Source: a virus
Taxonomy: Duplodnaviria; Caudoviricetes
Direction: 5' to 3' (one strand)
DNA: 64,000 nucleotides
Virus record (IMG/VR): IMGVR_UViG_3300031867_000018
Coordinates: 45,016-109,015 of that record
Notes under the pieces: model-generated
What the model saw: only the letters and a program-made list of their open reading frames with translations
Database searches by the model: none
Told to the model about the DNA's origin: nothing
Position numbers and translations under genes: made by a program
Part shown: positions 20,858 through 31,396 of the stretch, piece by piece
How positions within the stretch are numbered: the stretch's first letter is position 1
Layout: every line of letters begins with the position of its first letter

Positions 20858-21589
20858 TTATACCTCCGTTTTATAATTGCATTTATGTACAAAAAGTTTC
20901 TCAACAACCTTAAATTGATTATTTTTGTTTCTGTCAAGCGTTCTTGTAAATGGTTTTTCCCAAATTGCAACAAAATCATCGGGAGCTTCAAGCTCGGAAA
21001 TAAACATTTGATGTTTTTGACTTGTCTGTCTTGCGTACTCCCAAAATTCTTCGCTGTTAAATTTGGCTGTTGTATAACCTGTCGTGTTGTTGTATGGTGG
21101 GTCTGCATATATCACGCAATTTTCGGGTAATCCTACATCTCTATAGTCTTTACAGATAAATTCAGCATGCGACATTTTAGATAGTATCTTTAAGGTGCTG
21201 TTTTTGCTTTCTTGATAATGACTTCTTTCACTGCCGTCATATTTTTTGCTATGTCCATACCCGCCAAACCATTTACCTCCAAAAGAACAAGCAAATCCAA
21301 CAAAACCTGTCAATACTGGATCGTCATCTTTATGGTTTTTAATATACTTATATTCTTCTTCTGAAAAATCAGTAGGGAGTTTATATCCGTGCTGTATTCC
21401 GTTTAATGCTTGTATTAAATAATAGTGATTATCATTACATATAACCCTATCAAATTTTGGGGCTAATTCACTTTCGACTGAGCAAGCCCCACAGAACAAA
21501 CTTACGAAAGTCGTATTACTCTCTCTCTCTCTCTCGATTGCTTGCGCAATCGACTTCGCTATTCTGCTCTTTCCTCCTTGGAATCGGAT
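20858..21589 (-). CDS. Dam/D12-class N6-adenine methyltransferase with an (AG)8 repeat; probable ATC start
   Basis: The frame extends upstream of the track ORF as 'RFQGGKSRIAK...ERERES..FVSLFCGA'; YADPPY; GAGGTG lies 7 nt before ATC. Confidence 0.85.
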   Translation of the reverse strand: MRFQGGKSRIAKSIAQAIERERESNTTFVSLFCGACSVESELAPKFDRVICNDNHYYLIQALNGIQHGYKLPTDFSEEEYKYIKNHKDDDPVLTGFVGFACSFGGKWFGGYGHSKKYDGSERSHYQESKNSTLKILSKMSHAEFICKDYRDVGLPENCVIYADPPYNNTTGYTTAKFNSEEFWEYARQTSQKHQMFISELEAPDDFVAIWEKPFTRTLDRNKNNQFKVVEKLFVHKCNYKTEV

Positions 21590-21641
21590 AAGACATCACC
21601 TCTTATTTATATTGTGTATATGATTTCATTGTGTACCTCCG

Positions 21642-24600
21642 TTATCCTATAATGGTATAATCCCACAAATACCAATAACCTTTGTTGTTTTTATTAAGCT
21701 GTGCTGCATAAATAATATCAAGTTTATTTATTGGTTTTGCGTTGTAAATAAATGATTTGACGGTGAGTGCAGCAGTCTTTCCTGACCCAACGGATTTGGT
21801 TTGTATTCGATATGCCCACGGTTCCGATGAATCTTTGCTTTTCAGCGGGAAAACATTAATTATTATCAGCTTACGAATATCTTCTTTTTTATTGGTTGTG
21901 AGATTTATAAAACCCAACATTTCCTGCTGATATTTTATTCTCTCTTTGAATGGGATTGCAGGATATTCTTTTGCTTTTACATTTGATTCAAGTGCTTTTA
22001 TCAAGCCGTCCATATCGGCTATTTTATAGTTTGTTCCTTCGCTGCCGTCTTTGTTTTTGTCGGTGGCGTAAAGTTTTAATATCGGTTCAATCTTCAATTT
22101 TTGAGCTTTATCTTTTTTTATTTGTTTAGCTTTACCAAACTTTACAATTTCGTAAGCGTTAAGCATATGAATCAATTCGTTGGAGTTTCCAAAATCCGAG
22201 AAAAAGTCAAATTTAGTAAGTATTTCGGTTTGCTTTTTACTGACACCTTGATCTAAGAGACTTGTTACAAGTTTGTAGAAATTATCAAAATGGCGGTTTC
22301 TTATGTTATATAAAACATCTCCCATTTGCCTGTTACAATCCTTAATTAACGGTATTCCATATAATATTGCGCCGTTATCTACCGTACATTTTCTATGGTC
22401 TTGCTTGTAATCAAACGCTTTTATCGGTATATTGTGATTATCTGCATCACCAAGTATTTCTGCGGCGTGTTCTGCCACAAAATCACTTTTACCCAAAAAC
22501 GAATTACATAGTCCCGCATAAAATTCGGCAGGATAATATGCTTTTTGTTTAGCAGTCATATAAGAAATGATGCCGTAAGCAGAAGAGTGAGAATTAGATA
22601 CGACTATTCCGTTATTAGCAAGAAAATTATGTGCAGGATCGGACATTGCAATGTCGTATGTCATTTCTTCCCGCATAGGTGTAATAGACTTGATTGTATC
22701 TATTTCAGTCGGAATACCGTTTTCATACGCTTTTGTTCTGCCTGCAATATACACTTGGTCTCCCACGTTTAAATCCGAAAGCATTTTATACCCCTTTGGA
22801 GTGGGAAATTTATGATTATCCGTACATTCGATCCACTTGCCTGTCGCTGTAACAAGTTTATATACAGTTCTTATACCCGCTTGCTGAATATCGACAATGT
22901 AGTTTTTACGAATACAACCATCCGAAAACATTGATAAGGCGTTACCGTAACCGTTTCTTAAAAATTTAGACCGTAAAGGAACATAGTTGTTTTTCTTAGC
23001 GTACTCTACATCGTTCATTATCAAGTACATTTCTTCTACTGTGGGATGTCTCTTATTTTTTGTTTGCCCTACTCGCATAAGTTTTGTTGAACCAGCAACA
23101 CATTTATTGAAACTATAGGAAGCAAAAGCTATCATATCGCTCCATAGTTTTGAAAACTGTTCATCAGTCCAGCCTCTTTTTTTGAGTTTTTCTTCAAGTT
23201 CGGGTTTGACTTGATTAAGCAGCTTAGGATTTTTCTTGCCTGTCGCTTTTCTTAAAAGGTCGGGATTATGTAGCCCTGCAAGCCTGCCAATTTCTATAAG
23301 CTGTTCCTGAAAGACAATAATGCCGTATGTTGCTTTTAATATCGGCTCTAAATCGGGATGCAGATATTCAAATTGTTCTTCGCCATTTCTTCGTTTGCAA
23401 AAGTTATCTATATACGCCAATGCACCGGGTCGGAAAAGAGCATTTGCGATAGATATATCTTCAATACCCGATACATTCATTTTTTTAAGAGTCTGCTTCA
23501 TACCGCTTGAAGCCATCTGAAATATACCCACTGTATCACCGTTTCTAAAAACATCAAGAACTTTTGGGTCTGTATAGTCTTGTTTTGGGTTTAAAAAATC
23601 CTTGGATTCGTGTGACATTTGAAGAGTATCAAACTCTTGGTCTATGGTTCTGAGTCCAAGTAAGTCGATTTTTACAAGTCCGACATCTTCAACATCGTGC
23701 ATATCGCCCTGTAAATATCTGATTCCAGATTCGTCATAATTTGAGGGTAAAAATTCATCTAATTCTCTTGTTGATATGATTTTGCCGCAACTATGAAGTC
23801 CAAAAGATTTAGGCAATCCGTTTAATTTGCGGACATAATCAAACAACTCTTCATAGGTTTGGACATAATATATCGCTTCGTCTGCTGCTTTTTCTCGTGG
23901 TATATCACCGTTAAGCATATTATCAATATCGGATAATTCATACTCACCAAATGATTTTGCGATTCTGTCTGCGGTTTGCAAGTCTATATCCAATACCTTG
24001 CACATATCACGAATAGTACCTTTAGTTTGGTTTGTGCCGAATTTACCGATAGACGCAACCTTGTCTTCTCCGTACTTATTGTAAAGATATTGCAAGACTT
24101 GTTCACAGCAATCTCCACTGAAGTCAAGATCAATATCCGGAACTTTAAGTTCTTTTGCGGTAATTTCTCCCGATTTTAACAAGTCAAGTGCCGCCACATC
24201 AATAAATCGTTCAAAATACAAACCGTGTTCTATGGGGTCAATGTCGGTAATATTTGTGACATAGTTGATAATGGAACCACCGCCCGAGCCTCTTGCTATG
24301 CCTCGCCTATCTGCTACATTTGCATAAGAATATACAAGCAGGATATAGTCTATAAAGCCCATTTCATCAAGAGCATTTAATTCGTATAGGTATCTGTCTA
24401 TATAAGTATTTATTGTTTCGGGAGAAAGAAAACTCTCTTCATACCCCAAAAATTCTCCTGTTTCGGGGTTGGTTATTTTACTGAATATCTTACGTTCAGG
24501 GTCTTGTAAAGTTCTATCTTTTACATTAATGTTTAGTTTTGTTTTAAACCCTTCTTCACAAAGATATTCAAGCCATTCTCTGTTTGTTTTAAACTGTGGC

Positions 24601-25454
24601 GGAGTATCTACCTTTGGCATAATCGGAGCAGACAGTGGCATTTCAACATTACATTTATCTGCGATGATATGAGTATTATTTATGACTGTATTGATAAAAG
24701 TATCGTCAAAATAGTCAAGATTTTCTCTGACCTCCTGTTCAGACTGCACATAACAATCCTTATAGGATTCGCCTTGTTCTTTATAAGCTCCGTTAAATGC
24801 GTATTTACTTTGATATTTAGCATCGTTTTTATAAAGATAATGCGCATCCGTAGTAACTACGCACGGAATACCAAGTTTTTCAGCTATCTGTTTGATTTTC
24901 TTATTGACCTCTATTTGAGTTTCTTCACGTCTTGCTTGAATTTCAAGGTAATAATCTTCTCCGAAACGATATTTGTATTTGTTGGCTATTGCCATTGCTT
25001 TTTCAGCGTCCTGCTGCATTATTGCCCTGCTGACTTCTCCCGCAAGACAAGCACTTGTTATAATCAGTCCGTCTCCGTATGTTGAAAGCATATCAAAGTC
25101 GATCCTTGGTTTTTTATATTTGTTTTCGGGTCTGCCCGACAGGGATATAAGTTTATTTAAGTTAAGCCTGCCGGTTTCGTTTTTGCATAAGGCTATAAGA
25201 TGATAATATTTATTGTCCTTATCTTTTATTTTTACATCATCACAAATATAAAATTCGCAGCCGTGGATATATTTAATATTATTGTTTTTTAGCAGTTTGT
25301 AGATACTGACACCACCGAGGGAATTGCCGTGGTCAGTAATAGCCACGGCATTCTGATTTAATTCCTTTAAGCGTTCAGCAAGTTCTTCAGGACGAATAAT
25401 ACTGTCCCTTAATGAAAACATAGAGTGTAAATGTAAATGTATTATTTGGATCAC
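21642..25454 (-). CDS. dnaE: DNA polymerase III alpha subunit, intein-containing
   Basis: PHP motifs (HLHLHS, AITDHG, TTDAHY), RGSGGGS, PDIDLD, KIDLLGL, FNK/SH. Confidence 0.95.
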   Translation of the reverse strand: MIQIIHLHLHSMFSLRDSIIRPEELAERLKELNQNAVAITDHGNSLGGVSIYKLLKNNNIKYIHGCEFYICDDVKIKDKDNKYYHLIALCKNETGRLNLNKLISLSGRPENKYKKPRIDFDMLSTYGDGLIITSACLAGEVSRAIMQQDAEKAMAIANKYKYRFGEDYYLEIQARREETQIEVNKKIKQIAEKLGIPCVVTTDAHYLYKNDAKYQSKYAFNGAYKEQGESYKDCYVQSEQEVRENLDYFDDTFINTVINNTHIIADKCNVEMPLSAPIMPKVDTPPQFKTNREWLEYLCEEGFKTKLNINVKDRTLQDPERKIFSKITNPETGEFLGYEESFLSPETINTYIDRYLYELNALDEMGFIDYILLVYSYANVADRRGIARGSGGGSIINYVTNITDIDPIEHGLYFERFIDVAALDLLKSGEITAKELKVPDIDLDFSGDCCEQVLQYLYNKYGEDKVASIGKFGTNQTKGTIRDMCKVLDIDLQTADRIAKSFGEYELSDIDNMLNGDIPREKAADEAIYYVQTYEELFDYVRKLNGLPKSFGLHSCGKIISTRELDEFLPSNYDESGIRYLQGDMHDVEDVGLVKIDLLGLRTIDQEFDTLQMSHESKDFLNPKQDYTDPKVLDVFRNGDTVGIFQMASSGMKQTLKKMNVSGIEDISIANALFRPGALAYIDNFCKRRNGEEQFEYLHPDLEPILKATYGIIVFQEQLIEIGRLAGLHNPDLLRKATGKKNPKLLNQVKPELEEKLKKRGWTDEQFSKLWSDMIAFASYSFNKCVAGSTKLMRVGQTKNKRHPTVEEMYLIMNDVEYAKKNNYVPLRSKFLRNGYGNALSMFSDGCIRKNYIVDIQQAGIRTVYKLVTATGKWIECTDNHKFPTPKGYKMLSDLNVGDQVYIAGRTKAYENGIPTEIDTIKSITPMREEMTYDIAMSDPAHNFLANNGIVVSNSHSSAYGIISYMTAKQKAYYPAEFYAGLCNSFLGKSDFVAEHAAEILGDADNHNIPIKAFDYKQDHRKCTVDNGAILYGIPLIKDCNRQMGDVLYNIRNRHFDNFYKLVTSLLDQGVSKKQTEILTKFDFFSDFGNSNELIHMLNAYEIVKFGKAKQIKKDKAQKLKIEPILKLYATDKNKDGSEGTNYKIADMDGLIKALESNVKAKEYPAIPFKERIKYQQEMLGFINLTTNKKEDIRKLIIINVFPLKSKDSSEPWAYRIQTKSVGSGKTAALTVKSFIYNAKPINKLDIIYAAQLNKNNKGYWYLWDYTIIG
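22593..23102 (-). mobile_element. Mini-intein (170 aa, no endonuclease) in DnaE
   Basis: YSFNK|CVAGST...TDNHKF...TYDIAM...HNFLANNGIVVSN|SHS; removal restores FNKSH. Confidence 0.9.
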
Positions 25455-27424
25455 CCGCTTACTTTTCCGAAAATTTCTTCTGTCTCTTTTGAATTTGAGT
25501 TATCTGTATATCCGTATTCTTGCGGATAAGGTAATTCATTAGTATATTCTCCGTTATCCCATTTATATTGGAAGTTGTATTCCTCTTTATTGGTGTAGAA
25601 ACGCCTTGACGGAACATCATAGTAAAGACCGATAGATAAGTTTTCCCGACCTCTCATTCGGTCTTTCAAAACATCAAGAATAACGTCATATTTTATAGGT
25701 TCTTGCAGCCATCCGTTACCTTTTTGTTTGGGAATACCTTTCTTTTCTTTGGGTGTTACTCTGTAAAGACTAAAAAGACGGTGAGCCAAGTCAACAATAC
25801 TACCAAGTCCTGCAACATCGAATTTCTGTAATCTGCGCATTGTCTCAATTTTTTTTGGATGAATAACCAATACGACCACAACATTATATTTTTTTGCAAA
25901 TTCTATCAGATAGTTGACAAAATCGACCTGAACGCCCCACTTATCATTGTCATTACACTTGAAATTGATAGCAGTAAGGTTATCTATGATAAATAATTTG
26001 CTGCCGTATTTGCGGACACTTGCCTCCATTGATTTTTCTATGTCCTCAATAGTATTTGGGTAGCCGTCCTTATAAATGTAGATATGTCCGTTATAGTATT
26101 CGTCAATCTTTGATTTAGCGTCATTAGTGACTTTATAATAGACTGCACCTCTGTCTGTGGTATATTCCTTGACGTGTCTGCGCCCCGCAAAAATGTAGTT
26201 TATCCAGTTTTTTGTCATAAAGTTAGGTAATTCTTTGCTGTATTCCCAGACGTCCTTGCCCTGCTCTACAGCTTGGCATATTAGTTGCGACAAAAAAGAA
26301 GATTTGCCCGATCCGTTTACACCCGTAAGAATATTGAAAGTTCCATTATAAAGACGCATAATTTCACGGTCAAATTCTTTAATGCCTGTATAGATACCGT
26401 CAATTTCGGACAAGTCAACTTCTTTTATATCCGAAAAATTTACTACACTATCCACGGGACTATCCTTTGCATGAACTATAATTTCAAGTACCTTTTCTTT
26501 CCCATAAAAGTAAAGCGTTTCGTTTAGGTCGCTTATTTTTCGTTTTGTACCATCGGGCTTTTCGTGAAATTCGGGGACTTGTACTACCTTGGTGCGCCAA
26601 CTGCCTAAACGATAAATACATTCCTTTTGCATTTTAAGCCCGGCTTCGTCATTATCGGAACAGATGATTATACTTTCAAACTGCTCAAGCCAGTCCCAGT
26701 TTTCCTTTATCCAATGAAAATTACCTGCGCCGAGAGGAACACTAACTGTATTTGTATACCCCGATTCTATTGCGGATAGGCAGTCGATTTCACCTTCACA
26801 TATTAAAAGTGGCTGCGCTGTGTTTATCCTATTCATATTAAACAGTAGCGGAAATGTGTCGGCATCCTTCTGGCACCAACACTTAATCTCGTGCTTTGAT
26901 TTGTCAATTTTTCTTGCAGGTCTGTACTTAACCATTGTTAAGACATCATTTGTGTCGTAGAAATTAAAAACACAGTTGCCGTTTTTATCTTCTCGCACAT
27001 CGGCATAATCTACTGTTTCTTTGGAAATTTTTCTTGCCGACAAATAATTGTAAACTTTTGTCTTGTCCGTTACGGGTTCTTCTTTTGGGTATCGGTATTC
27101 CGATTTGGTTTTTACATTATGTTCTCCGAAACTGTACGGAGTTTTTGTATGTTCAAACAGCTTTGCGACAGCCTGTATATATGTAAGACCCGACTGCATA
27201 TACACATCTATGATGTCTACTGTTTTTTGACAGCCAAAACAGTGGAAATTATGTTTCTTTTTGTTATATATAAAACTCGGAGTATCTTCTTCGTGGTAGG
27301 GACAAAGAGCCTTTAGGTTGCTTTCGTCAAAACCGTCAAGATTTAGTAAATCAGCCATTATATGAGCATTTTCGTCTCCGAGTTTTTCTTTGGCTGATTG
27401 AATTATTTCTTTTTCTATTAGCAA
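25451..27424 (-). CDS. Primase-helicase (CHC2 zinc finger, TOPRIM, SF4 helicase)
   Basis: CPYH..CFGC, EGEID, DNDEAG, GVNGSGKS, IIDNL, VIHP. Confidence 0.9.
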   Translation of the reverse strand: MLIEKEIIQSAKEKLGDENAHIMADLLNLDGFDESNLKALCPYHEEDTPSFIYNKKKHNFHCFGCQKTVDIIDVYMQSGLTYIQAVAKLFEHTKTPYSFGEHNVKTKSEYRYPKEEPVTDKTKVYNYLSARKISKETVDYADVREDKNGNCVFNFYDTNDVLTMVKYRPARKIDKSKHEIKCWCQKDADTFPLLFNMNRINTAQPLLICEGEIDCLSAIESGYTNTVSVPLGAGNFHWIKENWDWLEQFESIIICSDNDEAGLKMQKECIYRLGSWRTKVVQVPEFHEKPDGTKRKISDLNETLYFYGKEKVLEIIVHAKDSPVDSVVNFSDIKEVDLSEIDGIYTGIKEFDREIMRLYNGTFNILTGVNGSGKSSFLSQLICQAVEQGKDVWEYSKELPNFMTKNWINYIFAGRRHVKEYTTDRGAVYYKVTNDAKSKIDEYYNGHIYIYKDGYPNTIEDIEKSMEASVRKYGSKLFIIDNLTAINFKCNDNDKWGVQVDFVNYLIEFAKKYNVVVVLVIHPKKIETMRRLQKFDVAGLGSIVDLAHRLFSLYRVTPKEKKGIPKQKGNGWLQEPIKYDVILDVLKDRMRGRENLSIGLYYDVPSRRFYTNKEEYNFQYKWDNGEYTNELPYPQEYGYTDNSNSKETEEIFGKVSG

Positions 27425-27442
27425 TTTGTCACCCTCTCTGTT

Positions 27443-28228
27443 TTATGGTTTAAATTCACAGCAGTTATTTCGCTGACTGCACAAATAATGACAATAGTAG
27501 AAGTCGGGGTTAGGGCTGAATTTTTCTTCGGTACTGATTAAAAACAATGTCTTTTCAGCCCATTTAACAGCTTCTTCGTACTCTTTTTTATTCCACGGAA
27601 TTTGATACTCTGTATGGTCTTTAAACAAGTTCCATTTAAGATAATCAACTTGTCCGTATTCTTCGATTATCGGGATAGAGTAAAGATATAGCTGTCGTTT
27701 GAACTCTAATAGGTGTGCTTCATCAGACTTGCTTACAGAACCGTCTTTTTTAAACTTTAATGAACCACTCTTATGGTCGAGAATTGTAATTTCGCCTGTT
27801 TGTTTGTTACGCAGAAGTAAATCTATATATCCAACAAAATCTTTATCTGCAATCTTGAAATTTATCTTTTTCTCAATACCTAAAATCTCATATTGGTCGA
27901 GTTTCATATTAAGATTATCAAAATATTCAAGACCTTTATCAAAATATGATTGTCTTATATCGACACTTTTGTTTGGGGGTGCATCGTGAGGAATTGATGA
28001 ATTAAACTCTTCTTCATATTTTTGACTGATTTCAAAAATAGATATTTCATTTTTCAAATACCTTTCAAGCAAAGAGTGACATAAACTGCCATACTCCGCA
28101 AAAAATCCACTCTCTTTTGTTTCGCAGTCAATATAAATTTTCTTCCACTCTCTCGGACAATTATAAAATGAGTTTAGTCTACTAAAACTCCACTGCATAG
28201 TTGAAATAATAAAGTCGTTTTCTGTCAT
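27443..28228 (-). CDS. PD-(D/E)XK nuclease (RecB/Cas4-like)
   Basis: WSFSRL..CP, GYIDLL...DHKS, QLYLY, C-terminal cysteines. Confidence 0.85.
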   Translation of the reverse strand: MTENDFIISTMQWSFSRLNSFYNCPREWKKIYIDCETKESGFFAEYGSLCHSLLERYLKNEISIFEISQKYEEEFNSSIPHDAPPNKSVDIRQSYFDKGLEYFDNLNMKLDQYEILGIEKKINFKIADKDFVGYIDLLLRNKQTGEITILDHKSGSLKFKKDGSVSKSDEAHLLEFKRQLYLYSIPIIEEYGQVDYLKWNLFKDHTEYQIPWNKKEYEEAVKWAEKTLFLISTEEKFSPNPDFYYCHYLCSQRNNCCEFKP

Positions 28229-28286
28229 TTTTATCTCCTCTATGTTATTAAAGGGCTTGACCGATAAGCCAAGCCCGACAAATCAT

Positions 28287-28706
28287 TTAAAATGGAAAGT
28301 CTTCTTCGTCAATGTCTTCGGCAGGAGCTGAATAACCGCCCTGATTTTCTGTTGGTTTTACAGCAGCTGTTGTGCCATTTCCTTCGGATTTCTTGTCACA
28401 AAAATCAAAACTGTCAACAATAACATCGGTGCTGTAACGCTTCTGACCGTTATTATCTTCCCAAGTGCTGACCTGTAATTTGCCCGACACAGCTATTTTT
28501 CTACCCTTAGTAAAGAATTTACCAATGTTTTCACCTGTCTTGCCGAATGCTATGCAATTTATAAAATCAGCTTCAGGCTGTCCTTCTCTTTTATAATCAC
28601 GCTGAACCGCAATAGAAAAACGCGCAATAGCCATAGCATTTTCGCCTGTTGTATATTTAATTTCGGGATCTCTTGTTAAATTACCCAGTAAAATCACTTT
28701 ATTCAT
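28287..28706 (-). CDS. ssb: Single-stranded DNA-binding protein
   Basis: MNKVILLGNLTRDPE; acidic tail ending DFPF. Confidence 0.95.
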   Translation of the reverse strand: MNKVILLGNLTRDPEIKYTTGENAMAIARFSIAVQRDYKREGQPEADFINCIAFGKTGENIGKFFTKGRKIAVSGKLQVSTWEDNNGQKRYSTDVIVDSFDFCDKKSEGNGTTAAVKPTENQGGYSAPAEDIDEEDFPF

Positions 28707-28722
28707 ATTTTAATATCCTTTC

Positions 28723-29655
28723 TTATTTCATTGCTTCAATTTTTGACAACAGCTCTTTCGCTTTCTCTAAATCCTTAATCTTCTTAGGGTTACCGTTAGA
28801 GGTATATTCTTTTAAAGTTGCCATAAGAGTTTCGTTATCCTGACCGCCTAATTCTCCGCAAAGAGCTATTATTTTACTGTGAATTTCAGCTAATTCGTCA
28901 ATAGATTCTGTTTCTTCTTTTCTTACTACAGGAGTATAACCCTCACCTGAATTAGCCCACTGAATTATTTTTTTACCGTGACCTTCGGTGAGCAATGTTG
29001 CGCCTTCGCCCTCAAAAAGATGTGTATTATCTTTCTGCACTTCCGCACAACTCGTCTTCTGGTCGATGAGGAATGTGCAGGTAAATTCATATTCAAAACC
29101 ATCACGCTGCTTTGCGCCTACGCCAAGTTTCTGAACGCTTGCTTTACCAGTCTTATCGTCCTTAACCATTTCGTACTGGTCTTTGCCTCTCATTGTGGCA
29201 ATAATATGTATCTGACTATCAGCAATAGCATTGATAAACTTATTGTGACGAGGAGTAACCTTACCCCAAGCCTGATATGTGCCGCCTGCCTGCTGCTGTA
29301 ATTCAAGACAACCGCCTTTGCCTTCCCATTCATGAGATGAACTATCAAGAATAAGAATGTCATAGCCTTCCGAAACTGCAAAATTGATAAGATCAACATA
29401 CTTTTCGGGGTTATGCGGAGCGTCAATATCAACTATGTCATAATTAAACTCATTGGCATAGTAATAACCTCTCTTCTGCTCGGTATTAGCCATAAGGATT
29501 TTAGCATCCTTACCTGTTTCCTTTTTGATTTCCTCTGCCATACCCGTTGCAAGACGGAGAGAACTATAAGTCTTACCGCCACCACTCGGTGCCATTAAAG
29601 CAATCTTTGTGTAAATTTTTTCTCTTGTAGCCTTTTTTACCTGAAATCCTGCCAT
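28723..29655 (-). CDS. AAA ATPase / Sak4-like recombination protein (start at MAGFQ)
   Basis: APSGGGKT, ILDSSSHEW, FEYEF; GGAGG RBS before ATG 29655. Confidence 0.8.
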   Translation of the reverse strand: MAGFQVKKATREKIYTKIALMAPSGGGKTYSSLRLATGMAEEIKKETGKDAKILMANTEQKRGYYYANEFNYDIVDIDAPHNPEKYVDLINFAVSEGYDILILDSSSHEWEGKGGCLELQQQAGGTYQAWGKVTPRHNKFINAIADSQIHIIATMRGKDQYEMVKDDKTGKASVQKLGVGAKQRDGFEYEFTCTFLIDQKTSCAEVQKDNTHLFEGEGATLLTEGHGKKIIQWANSGEGYTPVVRKEETESIDELAEIHSKIIALCGELGGQDNETLMATLKEYTSNGNPKKIKDLEKAKELLSKIEAMK

Positions 29656-29721
29656 TCGTTGTCCTCCTTGAATAAAAATAGTAGTAAATAAAAGTTGATC
29701 TATCGGACTTATCCGTTTACT

Positions 29722-29929
29722 AAAAAAATAGCTGGCTGTAGATCTCAACCTCTATCCGATTGAATTTTCTCTCGGAATACTTAGTATAATTTTTAGGGTC
29801 GTGCAGAGCTTTTCACTCACCGCAAACACCGATAATTCTAATCAGATGATGTTCCGACCGATTACTTCCGTGGAATACTTACGAATGTGTAAGCGTAACC
29901 TGTGTGGTTTATCTTAACCTAACGACCTA
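29722..29929 (-). ncRNA. Candidate structured RNA / long leader
   Basis: Closing stem UAGGUCGU...ACGACCCUA; duplicated UAAGUAUUCC...AAUCGG motif; ends in a U run; preceded by a TATAAT-containing element. Confidence 0.4.
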
Positions 29930-30068
29930 TTATTATATTCTCCATAATTTGTTAGCCAAACTAAAAGAGTGCTGCTAAATTATTTATCAAAAAAATTAAT
30001 CACCGTCCCATACTCCATCGGGTCTTGTTTTAGCCATTGTTAAATTTATTGGGTTGTAACAAACCCAT

Positions 30069-31334
30069 TTATACGAGATTAACCCGTAACGGGTGTAAAC
30101 CTACACCCTCTATCCCGTCCGCAAACGCATTCGGGAATACTTTTTTCATTATCTGATAACTGCCGTTTACATCGGCATTTATTTCTGTTCCATTATTAGA
30201 TACGAACAAACCTCTATGTACTCTCCTTGACTTATTATAGTTTGCTTCTATTGGCAATTCTTCATCAAGAAAACTTGTACCGCTGGTGTAACTTTCTTCG
30301 GTTTGTTTAAATATAATGCCTGCATTTTCACATTTATAAGCTAACCGAGATACAATACTTAAATATGGTATTTGTGTAAACTTTTGATTGTTTTGTTTAC
30401 CTATATCGGAATTTTGTTTCCAGCCTATGTTATATCCGCAAACCAAAGTATCAATATTATGTTCTATGCAGAAGTCAATAACTTGTTTTGTTGCTTTGTG
30501 AATATAGTTGTCTACTTTGCGATTACGCTTTGCCGTAAAATTCTTCATACGATTAGACCAATCTTTGCCGTTGTTTTTCTTTAATTCGGAACGCATTTGA
30601 GCGATCTGTTTATTATAATATTGGTTTATTGACTTCAAAGGTCTGCCGTTTATTACAAAAGGGTCTGTACCGCAGTTCGTTGTTATGGTCATTAAGTTAT
30701 CTACTCCTAAATCAATAGAAGCTATGCGGCTTGATGTATTGTTTGTTTCGGGTATACCTATTTCGTAAACCACTTCCATTTTATATTCTCCGTTTTGCGG
30801 GACAAAGCGTATTTGCATGAGCTTTGCGGTGTTTGGGATTTTGGTTTTAAAAATATTATTCATCACTTTCAGCGGTTTCCACGAAAAATAAATGTAATTA
30901 TCTTTGACTTTAAATTGATTATTGGCTAAAATCAAAATATAACGTCCGTTTTCCTTGTTGAGGTATTTTGGCATTTTAGGTCTTCCCGAATATTTTGAGG
31001 GATTTTTGCCGTAATCTTTAATGGAAGTGAAAAACGCTTTCCAATTTCTGTCCAAAACACGCAAAGTTTGTTGCCCACATGTTGACCCAATGTCTTTATA
31101 TGGTTCTGAATCTTTTACAATTTTACATAGTTCATAGTATTTTATCCAAACCGCATTTTCTCTTAACCCGTTTTCTTTTTCTTTCGAGGTTTTTATAAAT
31201 TCTTGTCGGATAATATAGTTACCATAGTTATATATGTTTTTTGATTTCCAACTAAATTTATCAATTAAAGAAAAATATGGGTTTGATGATTTTATGCGAT
31301 GAGATTCTATTCTATTGGCTTTCAAATTTATCAC
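30069..31334 (-). CDS. tnpB: TnpB-family RuvC nuclease (IS200/IS605 OrfB-like; likely TTG start at 31325)
   Basis: RuvC-I SIDLGVDNL; canonical RuvC-II Glu absent (VCGYNIGWKQ) with an alternative EESYTS; RuvC-III NADVNG; no Zn-finger cysteines; no tnpA nearby. Confidence 0.9.
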   Translation of the reverse strand: MINLKANRIESHRIKSSNPYFSLIDKFSWKSKNIYNYGNYIIRQEFIKTSKEKENGLRENAVWIKYYELCKIVKDSEPYKDIGSTCGQQTLRVLDRNWKAFFTSIKDYGKNPSKYSGRPKMPKYLNKENGRYILILANNQFKVKDNYIYFSWKPLKVMNNIFKTKIPNTAKLMQIRFVPQNGEYKMEVVYEIGIPETNNTSSRIASIDLGVDNLMTITTNCGTDPFVINGRPLKSINQYYNKQIAQMRSELKKNNGKDWSNRMKNFTAKRNRKVDNYIHKATKQVIDFCIEHNIDTLVCGYNIGWKQNSDIGKQNNQKFTQIPYLSIVSRLAYKCENAGIIFKQTEESYTSGTSFLDEELPIEANYNKSRRVHRGLFVSNNGTEINADVNGSYQIMKKVFPNAFADGIEGVGLHPLRVNLV

Positions 31335-31396
31335 CTTTATCTTTATTCACCTTTGCAAGTTTACTGCTTTGTAATTTTATACAGTTAATTTAATGA

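Noticed and set aside
27443-28228. Cas4-like nuclease as part of the CRISPR locus
   Set aside because: It sits in the ssb/ATPase/primase recombination operon, a common phage context, 3 kb from the array.
30069-31334. Complete IS200/IS605 transposon
   Set aside because: No TnpA (Y1 or serine) gene nearby and element ends could not be defined; only a small hairpin at about 30050-30067.
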